Source: Candidatus Nomurabacteria bacterium
GTDB taxonomy: Bacteria > Patescibacteriota > Minisyncoccia > Phycocordibacterales > CAIJYI01
Direction of reading: 5' to 3'
DNA: 64,000 nt
Assembly: GCA_943356445.1 (NCBI GenBank)
Contig: CALREZ010000001.1
Span: 15,818 to 79,817, forward strand
Shown here: positions 48,881-58,468 of the stretch, piece by piece
Numbering within the stretch: position 1 is the stretch's first letter
Layout: each line of letters opens with the position of its first letter
Notes under the pieces: model-generated
Told to the model about the DNA's origin: nothing
Databases searched by the model: none
The model's input: only the letters and a program-made list of their open reading frames with translations
Program-made: the position numbers and the translations under genes

Positions 48881-51154
48881 ATGAAAACAACAGAAAATTT
48901 TTTACGCAACGCGATTCTTACGGGAATCTTTGCGGTGCCGTTTTTGGCATTCCTTGTTACCGGCTCAATGTTTTTTCCTTTTATTACCGGGAAAAACTTT
49001 GGATTTAGAATTATCACCGAGGTGATATTCGCTTTGTGGATATTGCTCGCGTACGCGAATGTCTCGTATCGTCCGAAATTTTCATGGATTATGGCGACGG
49101 CCGCATCTTTTGTCGGAATCGTTTTTCTCGCGGATATTTTTGGCGCCAATCCCGCAAGAAGCATTTGGTCCAATTATGAACGAATGGAAGGCTTTGCGGC
49201 GCTCATCCACGTTTTTGCTTTTTTTGTCGTTGCCGGTTCCGTTTTGACCAGAGACCTTTGGACGAAATTTTTACAGACATCGGTTTTTGCCGCGACCATT
49301 ATGGCTCTCTACGGATGGATGCAGTATGCCGGAGGGGCGGCAATCAATCAGGGCGGCGGACGTCTCGACGGGCGTTTTGGCAATGCGGCCTATCTTGGAG
49401 GATATCTGCTTTTTAACGCTTTTCTGACCGCTTTTCTTATGACGCGAACCAAGAAATATAATTTCCTGTGGTGGATTTACGCGTGCGCCATCATTCTTCA
49501 GGTGATCATCATGTTCCTTACGGAAACTCGCGGTTCCATGCTCGGATTTTTTGTCGGCGTTACGCTTTCGTCCCTCATTTTTATTTTCTTGAGCAAAAAG
49601 AATCCGCTCCTGAAAAAAATTGCCATCGGGGTTGTCGGGTTCGTTGCCGTCTTTATCTTTTCGGTATTTCAATTCAAAGATTCAAGTTTTGTACAGAGTC
49701 ATTCCACCCTCTCTCGTTTTGCCACGATTTCTCTTTCCGGGTCAACGGTGGATTCTCGCTTCATGGTTTGGGGTATGGCGATAGACGGATTTAAAGAACG
49801 CCCGATCCTCGGCTGGGGACAGGATAACTTCAATGTGGTGTTCAATAAGTATTACAATCCCGGCATGTGGAATCAGGAGCAGTGGTTTGATCGCGCTCAC
49901 GACATCTTCTTGGATTGGCTGATTTCTGCCGGATTCTTGGGACTCTTCGCGTATCTTCTCCTTTTTGTTTTAGGCGTGTTGTTTGTTTGGGAGACGGGAA
50001 CAAAGTTCGGAGAAAAAGGTTTGTTGAAAAACATTTCGTTTGCTTGGAAAAAATATGTTTCCGGAGAAGAAGAGCATCATCTTCTTGAAAAGAGCATCTT
50101 GACCGGATTGTTTGCGGCTTACTTCGTCCATAACATTTTCGTCTTTGATAATTTGTTCAGTTATATTCTTTTCTTTTCCGTTCTCGCTTTTCTCCATTCT
50201 TCTCATGTAGAGGAACCGGTGATGGCGAAAAATTTTACAAAGAAATTTGTACCGGGAAATGACGTTCTTCCTTTGTCGTATATCGCCGGCCCGGTCTTGT
50301 TTGTTTTTGTCATTGTCATGTATATCGTCAACATCAAACCGATACTGGCGAGTCAGGCGATTATTGCCGGAATCCAGCCACATCAGGATGCTTCCGGAAA
50401 AGTGACTTTTACGAAAGAAAATTTTGACAGCTTCAAACAGGTTATTGCGTATGATACGTTCGGCAATTCCGAGGCAAGAGAACAGATCGTGCAGGCGGCC
50501 GTTCGGAACGCTTCGCCGGGCGTAGATAAGGATATGCAGAAGCAACTTTTTGAACTCGCCAAAGAACAGATTCTGGAGCAGATACGGGATGTCCCCGAAG
50601 ATGCTCGCATTGAAACTTTTGCCGGAACGCTTTTCTTGAGATACGGACAGCAGGATGAAGCGCTCGCTCATTTTGAAAGAGCTCATGAGCTTTCTCCGAA
50701 TAAACAGACGATTAGTCTGAGTCTTATTCTCTGTTATTTGAATGCCGGACGAGCCGATGACGCGATGGCTTTGGCGAAAGCGACCTATGAACTTGATACT
50801 GACTTTAAAGAGGCGGCAAAGATGTACGCGGTAACGGTCCTCTACAAAGGAGACCAAAAACTTGCCGATGATATTCTTATCAAAAACTTTGGGACAGCGG
50901 CGATATATGATGAAGACCTTATTACCACCTACGCTTTTATGAAGAAGTACGACAAAGTCCTCGAGATCCTCAATCAAAAACTTAAAGAGAAAGAAGACTC
51001 TCAGGTTCGCATTCGTCTCGCCGCTACATATCTTGAAATGGGCGATAACGCCGCGTCTATCGCCGAGATAGAAAAAGTGATGGCGGAAGACCCGAGCTTT
51101 AAACAGCAGGGAGAGTACTTTATTCAGGAAATTCGCGCCGGGAGGAAGCCGTAA
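48881..51154 (+). CDS. O-antigen ligase/polymerase-like (Wzy_C) membrane protein with C-terminal TPR repeats
   Basis: 757 aa with about 12 TM segments, including the LTETRGSMLGFFVG motif of the O-antigen ligase family. The C-terminal ~250 aa have TPR-like repeats (AHFERAHELSPNKQ ...). Confidence 0.7.
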   Translation: MKTTENFLRNAILTGIFAVPFLAFLVTGSMFFPFITGKNFGFRIITEVIFALWILLAYANVSYRPKFSWIMATAASFVGIVFLADIFGANPARSIWSNYERMEGFAALIHVFAFFVVAGSVLTRDLWTKFLQTSVFAATIMALYGWMQYAGGAAINQGGGRLDGRFGNAAYLGGYLLFNAFLTAFLMTRTKKYNFLWWIYACAIILQVIIMFLTETRGSMLGFFVGVTLSSLIFIFLSKKNPLLKKIAIGVVGFVAVFIFSVFQFKDSSFVQSHSTLSRFATISLSGSTVDSRFMVWGMAIDGFKERPILGWGQDNFNVVFNKYYNPGMWNQEQWFDRAHDIFLDWLISAGFLGLFAYLLLFVLGVLFVWETGTKFGEKGLLKNISFAWKKYVSGEEEHHLLEKSILTGLFAAYFVHNIFVFDNLFSYILFFSVLAFLHSSHVEEPVMAKNFTKKFVPGNDVLPLSYIAGPVLFVFVIVMYIVNIKPILASQAIIAGIQPHQDASGKVTFTKENFDSFKQVIAYDTFGNSEAREQIVQAAVRNASPGVDKDMQKQLFELAKEQILEQIRDVPEDARIETFAGTLFLRYGQQDEALAHFERAHELSPNKQTISLSLILCYLNAGRADDAMALAKATYELDTDFKEAAKMYAVTVLYKGDQKLADDILIKNFGTAAIYDEDLITTYAFMKKYDKVLEILNQKLKEKEDSQVRIRLAATYLEMGDNAASIAEIEKVMAEDPSFKQQGEYFIQEIRAGRKP

Positions 51155-51213
51155 CGAACGCAGGAAAAAGCAACAAGGATAAAGAAAAAAGGGGATGGAA
51201 CGAGAAACGATAA

Positions 51214-51242
51214 AAGTCCGGCGGAAACGCCGGACTTTTATA
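51214..51242 (+). terminator. rho-independent terminator
   Basis: aagtccggcg-gaaa-cgccggactt hairpin followed by TTTTA, 60 nt after the stop of the Wzy-like gene. Confidence 0.6.
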
Positions 51243-51330
51243 TGCCTGTTTTTGGCGTTCTAAAATTTCCCTTTTTAAGAAATGGAAAAAACGGCTTAAT
51301 AGGGGCATATATTCGGATGTGCACAGGGTG

Positions 51331-51358
51331 TTGACACTGAAATGCTTTTGCGTATAAT
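51331..51358 (+). promoter_or_regulatory. sigma70-type consensus promoter upstream of the 16S rRNA gene
   Basis: TTGACA (51331..51336), 16-nt spacer, TATAAT (51353..51358), about 210 nt upstream of the 16S 5' end. Confidence 0.55.
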
Positions 51359-51566
51359 AGAGGTTACGCTCATTGAAAAAGCGCCTTTATTTTGAAAGGC
51401 CACATACAAGTACAAATGCAACACAAATCGCAATTGATAAAAGTATCAGTTGCGCGTGCTAATAGAATTTTGCAAGAATTCGTTAGACGTAATTACGAGA
51501 ACAAAAGACCAAATAGCACAGCGATGCAAATTGGATTTTCTTTTGTTTCACTCTTGTCTTTTTTTT

Positions 51567-53050
<1,484 letters not shown>

Positions 53051-53362
53051 TTCATTTTATTGCGATCATCTTGTTTTCTTCGGAAAACAAAGATTGATTC
53101 GAAATGGCGATTGCTCAACCTAGTTGAGTAAGGCAATGGTTTTCTTGCCTTTAAATAAAAACCCCTTCAGCTTCTTTTGGTTAAAGAAGCAAACCCATAA
53201 AGAAAGAGTGAAACAAAAGAAAGTTAAATTTGCTTTCTGACTCTCGTATTTTGTGAAGCATTGCAAAATTAACCCGCATGATCTGCGGTTTTTTTTGTGC
53301 ATATGCAAAAGGTATCTCCTCACGCTATTTAAAAAATGGCTTGACTGTGTATTTTTTTTGTC

Positions 53363-53579
53363 GCCGGACGGGGTCTCCGACCGCTACTCGGTCAGTACAC
53401 CTTTTGGACTTTTTGTTTCGCTCACCGCTCACAAAAATTCTCAAAAGGTCTTGCGGAATGGGTCCCTGCCCATTCCTCACCCGTCCCGTCATTTGTGTAA
53501 CCATACAAACTTCTGTTTTTATACCAAACTTTATTGGGTAATTCAAACAAACAGACGGGGTCAGAGACCCGCGTCTGGC
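53363..53579. repeat. GC-rich long-stem inverted-repeat element, copy A (MITE-like / structured-RNA-like)
   Basis: gccggacggggtctccgacc (53363..53382) pairs with ggtcagagacccgcgtctggc (53559..53579). The interior shares the TTGTGTaACcA ... CAAACTTTATtGGGTaATtCAAACA core with copy B. Confidence 0.55.
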
Positions 53580-53637
53580 AAAGATTTGCTTTTGGTAAAC
53601 AAAAACAGTTTTTTTACATAATATCAGGAGAAGGAAG

Positions 53638-54036
53638 ATGAAAAAAGAAGATGTAAAGAAAATTAAGAAAACATTGGGATTCGCTTTGTTTATCCTCGGA
53701 CTGCTTAACGGGAGTTTAGAGACATTGGTGTTTATGGATAATGCTCTCGGCGCGGTGATATTCGTCGCTGGTTTCGGCACCTTAGGTGTTTGCGTCGGTG
53801 ATTATCTGGGAGGTCTTTATATTCAAAACGAATTAAAAGCGAAAGATAACGTGTTAGGTTTTATCTCATTATCTTTGGGAATGATTGTTGGTATTGCTGC
53901 TTGTCATTATTTAGCGCTTGGCGCGGTAATCGCCCTTTTGGGGATAGGCGTGTCTGTAAAAATACTTACTGATGCTCCATTGAAAGTTTCATTATCGGTC
54001 GTGAAGAAAGATCTAAAAGAACTCAGCGAAGGATAA
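53638..54036 (+). CDS. small glycine-zipper membrane protein, hypothetical
   Basis: 132 aa with three hydrophobic segments rich in GxxxG. AGGAGAAGGAAG lies 1 nt upstream of the ATG. A terminator hairpin lies at 54061..54091. Confidence 0.5.
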   Translation: MKKEDVKKIKKTLGFALFILGLLNGSLETLVFMDNALGAVIFVAGFGTLGVCVGDYLGGLYIQNELKAKDNVLGFISLSLGMIVGIAACHYLALGAVIALLGIGVSVKILTDAPLKVSLSVVKKDLKELSEG

Positions 54037-54060
54037 AGGAAAAAGGCGTTCTTTTTTATG

Positions 54061-54091
54061 GGACGGGGCCACAACCCCGTCCTTTTTATTT
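54061..54091 (+). terminator. rho-independent terminator
   Basis: ggacgggg-ccacaa-ccccgtcc followed by TTTTTATTT. Confidence 0.6.
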
Positions 54092-54094
54092 GCG

Positions 54095-54123
54095 TTGACG
54101 CGTTTTTGCTAAAAACATATAAT
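54095..54123 (+). promoter_or_regulatory. sigma70-like promoter giving a predicted leaderless transcript
   Basis: TTGACG (54095..54100), 17-nt spacer, TATAAT (54118..54123). The ATG of the downstream CDS is at 54130, 7 nt after the -10 element. Confidence 0.5.
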
Positions 54124-54129
54124 AAAAGA

Positions 54130-54660
54130 ATGAAGAAACCTATTTCAAAAACAAGCAAATCTGACTCACAGAAAAAACTCGCACCGGAAGTTCGTGAGGC
54201 TCTTGATTCCTATCATTTGGAAATGCAAAAATATGTTGATACTTTACAAAAAAGGTCTGACGAGGATATAAAGCGATATATTGGTTCTTTGACAGAAGAG
54301 TATCAAGGAAGAACTTCCGCCGTCGCGGAACAATTTTCGGGGTTGAACGAAAAGATAGATACCATAAAAGAAACGCTTGATGAACACGGAAGAATACTCG
54401 AAATGCACACCGAGATGATCGGTACGCTTATGGAAGACGTTTCCGTTCTAAAAGAAGATGTTGCTGTCTTAAAAGATGACGTTTCCGTTCTAAAAGAAGA
54501 TGTTGCTGTCTTAAAAGATGACGTTTCCGTCTTAAAAGAAGATGTTGCTGTCTTAAAAGATGACGTTTCCGAAATCAAAGATGAACTCAAAAACAAAGCC
54601 GACAAAACCGAAGTTATCCATCTTTCTCGGAGAGTTTCTGTTCTTGAACGCAATGTTTAG
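54130..54660 (+). CDS. coiled-coil protein with 14-aa tandem repeats, hypothetical
   Basis: 176 aa, strongly heptad-like, with a DVSVLKEDVAVLKD x3 repeat block. Start set at MKKPISK because of the promoter and terminator context. Confidence 0.55.
   Translation: MKKPISKTSKSDSQKKLAPEVREALDSYHLEMQKYVDTLQKRSDEDIKRYIGSLTEEYQGRTSAVAEQFSGLNEKIDTIKETLDEHGRILEMHTEMIGTLMEDVSVLKEDVAVLKDDVSVLKEDVAVLKDDVSVLKEDVAVLKDDVSEIKDELKNKADKTEVIHLSRRVSVLERNV
54436..54572 (+). repeat. 42-nt perfect/near-perfect tandem repeat x3.3 inside the CDS
   Basis: gacgtttccgttctaaaagaagatgttgctgtcttaaaagat is repeated at 54436, 54478 and 54520 (the third copy has 1 indel-neutral change), plus a partial fourth copy. Confidence 0.85.
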
Positions 54661-54698
54661 ATAGTGTGTGTTCATATTGTCAAAAATTGTTAAAAAAT

Positions 54699-54725
54699 AA
54701 GCCCCGTTTGTTTACGGGGCTTTAG
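54699..54725 (+). terminator. rho-independent terminator
   Basis: aagccccgt-ttgttt-acggggctt hairpin followed by a T-rich tract, 40 nt after the stop. Confidence 0.55.
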
Positions 54726-54749
54726 TCTTTTGTTTGGATACTTCAGTTT

Positions 54750-54835
54750 TTAACGTGGGGATTATCCTTCCGCCACTTTATTCTTATTCTCTTTGAGTGC
54801 TCCTTTTATTAACGTGGGGAACACTCTTCCGCCAC
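54750..54835. repeat. two 27-nt direct repeats with 59-nt periodicity
   Basis: ttaacgtggggattatccttccgccac (54750..54776) and ttaacgtggggaacactcttccgccac (54809..54835). Confidence 0.6.
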
Positions 54836-54915
54836 ATCATTCTGGAATAAGAATAGCAGTTTCGGAAAAAATGTCAAGTCAAGTGATAACCGGGGAAATG
54901 AGTTTATAAAGTTTC

Positions 54916-55048
54916 CGCCGGACGCGGGTCTCCGACCCTGTCCGCAACGTTTGTGTGACAAGACGAACTTTCTTTTTTTAAACAAACTTTATGGTGTCAT
55001 CCAAACATTCCAACGCGGTCGGAGACCCGCGTCGGGCGACGACGACGG
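54916..55048. repeat. GC-rich long-stem inverted-repeat element, copy B
   Basis: gccggacgcgggtctccgacc (54916..54936) and ggtcggagacccgcgtcgggc (55028..55048) form a 21-bp stem with 1 mismatch around a 91-nt interior. The interior is homologous to copy A. Confidence 0.6.
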
Positions 55049-55245
55049 ACGACGGACGTCCGGCAAAAACGAGTGTGAGGAGATACTTTTTGTGCCGATC
55101 CCCGCATTCGCGAGGATGACGATTTGGGGGTATTTTAGTCCAAGGAAATGAGTTTTTGGATTCACAGATTTTTCTTTGACATTTTACATTAAATATGATA
55201 CTATAAAATAAGGTTTTGGAACTTTCAAAAAAGAAAGAGGGAAAT

Positions 55246-55467
55246 ATGCCGAGATACATATTGGAAGTTAATTACGAAGAACAGAAAGATCATCACGAGC
55301 GGTATACTTCATGTGAACGGTTGGAATTTGAACGCGATAGCGACAAATCCGCCTTAAGATACGCATTTAGTTCAGCAAGTATCAATGCGAGAGAAGAAGA
55401 CAAAAAGTTATTCAGAGTGGTTGAACCATATGGTTCAACCAAGAGAATCTATTCAGAAGAAGAATAA
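55246..55467 (+). CDS. small hypothetical protein
   Basis: 73 aa from MPRYILEV, with AGAGGGAAAT upstream. Followed by a hairpin plus T-run terminator at 55478..55507. Confidence 0.4.
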   Translation: MPRYILEVNYEEQKDHHERYTSCERLEFERDSDKSALRYAFSSASINAREEDKKLFRVVEPYGSTKRIYSEEE

Positions 55468-55477
55468 GAAATTTACA

Positions 55478-55507
55478 CCCGTCGGTTTATCCGGCGGGTT
55501 TTTTTGT
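55478..55507 (+). terminator. rho-independent terminator
   Basis: cccgtcgg-tttat-ccggcggg followed by T8. Confidence 0.55.
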
Positions 55508-55569
55508 TTTTGTTGTGTATGTTTGGTATAATAACTGAACAAAGATTAAACATTTATTATCTATTTTTT

Positions 55570-57354
55570 ATGAAAGAATCTTTTCCTCCAAAAATAAACG
55601 AAGAAAAAACAGAGGGAGAAAATAATTTCCAAGAGGCAAAAAACGGAGTGGAAGTTCCGAAAGGAGAAGAAAGGGAATATGCAAAATCCAAAGAGGAGAT
55701 GTGGGATATGGTTGGAAAGCTCAATGACGGAGACGGCTTCGTTTCTTATGATTTTACTCCCGAAATGATGGAGAAAAGAATGGATCTTAACGGCAGGGCC
55801 GTTGATCTCATCGGTAAATTTCAAAAAACCGGATATCAAAAAGGAGATTTTGAAAAAGCTCATCAACTCTACCATGAATTTTCTTCTTTTTATGAAGGGG
55901 TAAAAAGTCGCGGAAAAAAGCAGGTTGACGAACGAGCATACGAAGCGAGTCTCCAGAGACGATCGGAGATCGAGAATGCTTTGAAAAAACCGACATCAAA
56001 TGAACCCGAGCCTTCTGTTCGTCAGAGCGATACATCGGTTGAAGAAATAACAAAAGAACTGGAAAAATTCAAAGCTGAAGGCGGGCTCAATTTATATTAC
56101 ACGAGCAAAGAAGATCTTGTCAGCGATCTTATTTCTTCCCGTCATCTTGCCGAGAATCCGGAACAGGAAAAAATAATGACAAAGTTTTTTGAAGCAAGGG
56201 TTTCTCTGCATCAGGAAAAACTTTGGTATAAAGATTTTCGTTCCCATCATCCTTTTTTCGCGCCGTTCATGAAAGTGGTCAATATGCTGGCGCTTTCTCC
56301 TGAAATTTTGTCGGGTGCTTATAATGGTCGTAAATTGCGACAGATGGCTAAAGAGGGAAAGCTTACAGAACAACAAGTTGAAAAGATAAATACGGCGCTT
56401 CAAGAAATAAAAAATGAGGAGGTGGAAAAGCCTTCTTTGGAAAAACAAGGCGGAGGATCTAAAAAACAGTCTGAAAATATCGCTCAAGAGGAAACATCTG
56501 AAATGGAAAAAGGAGGTCTCGAATCATTCTCTTCCAGTATCGGGGAAAGCGATCCGAAGGATCCGAATCGCATAAACGAAGATCAGGTTTTGGAAAGAAA
56601 AGATAAGGGTGTGTATGCCGTATTTGACGGTGTTGGAGGGCAAGAACAGGGAGACGTTGCTTCATATGTTGCAAAGCATGCCTTATCAAAAGAATGCGAT
56701 ACTATGCCTGAAAACATGTCGATTCAGGAAACGCAAGATTTTGTCCAGAGAGTCATAAAAAAGATCAGTGATAATATTTTTGAAAATAATCGGCTTGCCA
56801 CAGAGCGCGGAAAATTAAGTAATATGGCCAGCACTATGACCCTTGCTGTTGTCTGGAATGGTAATAATGGAGAGAAAAAACTTATTGTCGGAAATATCGG
56901 AGATAGTCGAGCTTATCTTCAAAAACAAGGGAAACTTGAACAACTTACCATGGATGATAACTATCTTCGGAAACATGCGGGAGATGATACTCGCGCTCGG
57001 AGTCTTCAGCTCATCCTTAACAACATCAACAGCGAAGAGGAGATCAATCTGCTTGAGGGGGTTAATGAAAAAGATAAATTTTTGTTACTGGAAAGTTTTA
57101 GAAATAGAAATATCATTATGAAGTGTCTTGGTCTAGAAAATCAAAATCCGGAAGTAACTGTCCATGATTTTCCGGCCGGCTCTGAGCTATTGCTTGCGAC
57201 GGATGGTTTGACGGATAACCTTACTGATAAAGAAATAGAGCAAAATTTTGGAAAGAACCTTGCGGTTGCGGCGCTTAAAAGAAGCAATGAGGGGCATGGC
57301 AGAGCAAAACAGGATGATATTAGTTTTGTTACCGTGAAAAACTCATCCAGATAA
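55570..57354 (+). CDS. PP2C-family Ser/Thr phosphatase with long N-terminal extension
   Basis: C-terminal ~250 aa contain VYAVFDGVGGQEQGDVAS ... LAVVW ... GNIGDSRAYL ... LATDGLTDNL (PP2C motifs). The N-terminal ~330 aa are charged, coiled-coil-like and unassigned. Confidence 0.7.
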   Translation: MKESFPPKINEEKTEGENNFQEAKNGVEVPKGEEREYAKSKEEMWDMVGKLNDGDGFVSYDFTPEMMEKRMDLNGRAVDLIGKFQKTGYQKGDFEKAHQLYHEFSSFYEGVKSRGKKQVDERAYEASLQRRSEIENALKKPTSNEPEPSVRQSDTSVEEITKELEKFKAEGGLNLYYTSKEDLVSDLISSRHLAENPEQEKIMTKFFEARVSLHQEKLWYKDFRSHHPFFAPFMKVVNMLALSPEILSGAYNGRKLRQMAKEGKLTEQQVEKINTALQEIKNEEVEKPSLEKQGGGSKKQSENIAQEETSEMEKGGLESFSSSIGESDPKDPNRINEDQVLERKDKGVYAVFDGVGGQEQGDVASYVAKHALSKECDTMPENMSIQETQDFVQRVIKKISDNIFENNRLATERGKLSNMASTMTLAVVWNGNNGEKKLIVGNIGDSRAYLQKQGKLEQLTMDDNYLRKHAGDDTRARSLQLILNNINSEEEINLLEGVNEKDKFLLLESFRNRNIIMKCLGLENQNPEVTVHDFPAGSELLLATDGLTDNLTDKEIEQNFGKNLAVAALKRSNEGHGRAKQDDISFVTVKNSSR

Positions 57355-57377
57355 AGAAATTCTTTTTTTAATTTTCA

Positions 57378-58265
57378 ATGGAAAACATACCAAAAGAGAA
57401 CCTCTCTCCTAAAACAGATGTTTCTTTTCCTTTTGCAAACTTGGAAAGATCTAAAGACGTGTTCGGTCCGAGTGCCGTTTTTTATGATGTTCCCGGTCAT
57501 CCGGAATTGATTGTAAGGAAGTGTTTTGTTTCAAAGGAAGTGATGGAGAACATAAATGAGGAACTGGAGGAAAAGGATGAATATAAAGATTTTACGGAGG
57601 AAGAATTGGAAGAGATCAGAAATAAGAAAAAAGTGGAACAGCTTATTAAGAATGCCGGGGATTTTCAAAAAACAGGAAAACGTTACGGACTGCGAATGGC
57701 GGAAACGAGCTATGTGGTCGGTACGGATCCTGATTCCGGAAAACCTGAAATTTTTGGGGTAACGGACCGCATCATTGGAGAAAATCTGAAGACTATGCGC
57801 GGTATTTCAAAAAAAATGGAGGGTGAAATTGATGAGGTATTCAGCGGTATTATTTTTCATTTGAGAGATTCATATTTGGGGAATGGTGTTTTTTGGAGAG
57901 ACTTTAGAGACGATCAGATTTTATACGGAGCCAAATACAGGGAAACAGAACAGCATCCCTATCTTATTGATGTTGATCCTTTGATGGTTTCGTGGGTTGA
58001 TCCTAAAATATGCAAAACGGAAAACGAGAGAGAAGACCTTTTCTGGACAAAAATCGGCCTTATTCTTGCGATTGAGGTGGAGAGGGTTGAAGAGAAAATT
58101 CAGTCAGGACGTCTTGTAAAAACAAGAGAAGCTTTGAACGATGTTATAAAAACCGTACCGGAACCGAAGAGCGTAAGGGCGAAAAATTGGTATGATAGCT
58201 TGGTTGATGATTTGCGGGGTAACTCCATAAATGATTTTCCCAATATCGGTTTCAGATTTTCATAA
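57378..58265 (+). CDS. hypothetical protein
   Basis: 295-aa ORF immediately downstream of the PP2C gene. Good coding look; no family recognised. Confidence 0.45.
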   Translation: MENIPKENLSPKTDVSFPFANLERSKDVFGPSAVFYDVPGHPELIVRKCFVSKEVMENINEELEEKDEYKDFTEEELEEIRNKKKVEQLIKNAGDFQKTGKRYGLRMAETSYVVGTDPDSGKPEIFGVTDRIIGENLKTMRGISKKMEGEIDEVFSGIIFHLRDSYLGNGVFWRDFRDDQILYGAKYRETEQHPYLIDVDPLMVSWVDPKICKTENEREDLFWTKIGLILAIEVERVEEKIQSGRLVKTREALNDVIKTVPEPKSVRAKNWYDSLVDDLRGNSINDFPNIGFRFS

Positions 58266-58346
58266 AGAAGGTCTTTGATGAGGAAATTTTTAAAGTCGAG
58301 TAAATGATTGCAGTTTTTCATTTTTTTTGGTATATATAGAGTACTT

Positions 58347-58418
58347 GCGCGCATAGTTCAGGGGTAGAACGCTGTCCTGATAAGACAGAGGTCCTTGGTT
58401 CGATTCCAAGTGCGCGCA
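58347..58418 (+). tRNA. tRNA-Ile (anticodon GAT)
   Basis: Cloverleaf read by hand. Acceptor GCGCGCA/TGCGCGC, D arm GTTC ... GAAC, anticodon stem CTGTC/GACAG with loop CTGATAA, T arm CTTGG-TTCGATT-CCAAG. CCA is not encoded. Confidence 0.8.
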
Positions 58419-58468
58419 CAAACGACGGTAGCGTTAAAGTCTCTTTTATTTTGTCACTCTCTCGTAAT

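Noticed and set aside
53253-53780. ORFs of 87-151 aa in the post-16S spacer (53253..53621, 53278..53541, 53325..53780).
   Set aside because: They run across the GC-rich inverted-repeat element and low-complexity spacer and have no RBS or promoter context. They were treated as non-coding.
54750-54835. Direct repeats as a CRISPR array.
   Set aside because: Only two repeats, 27 nt with internal mismatches, no cas genes, and a spacer of only 32 nt flanked by nothing repeat-like.
53363-55048. The hairpin elements as integron attC sites flanking gene cassettes.
   Set aside because: No RYYYAAC / GTTRRRY core sites, no intI nearby, and the cassette between them carries its own promoter and terminators.
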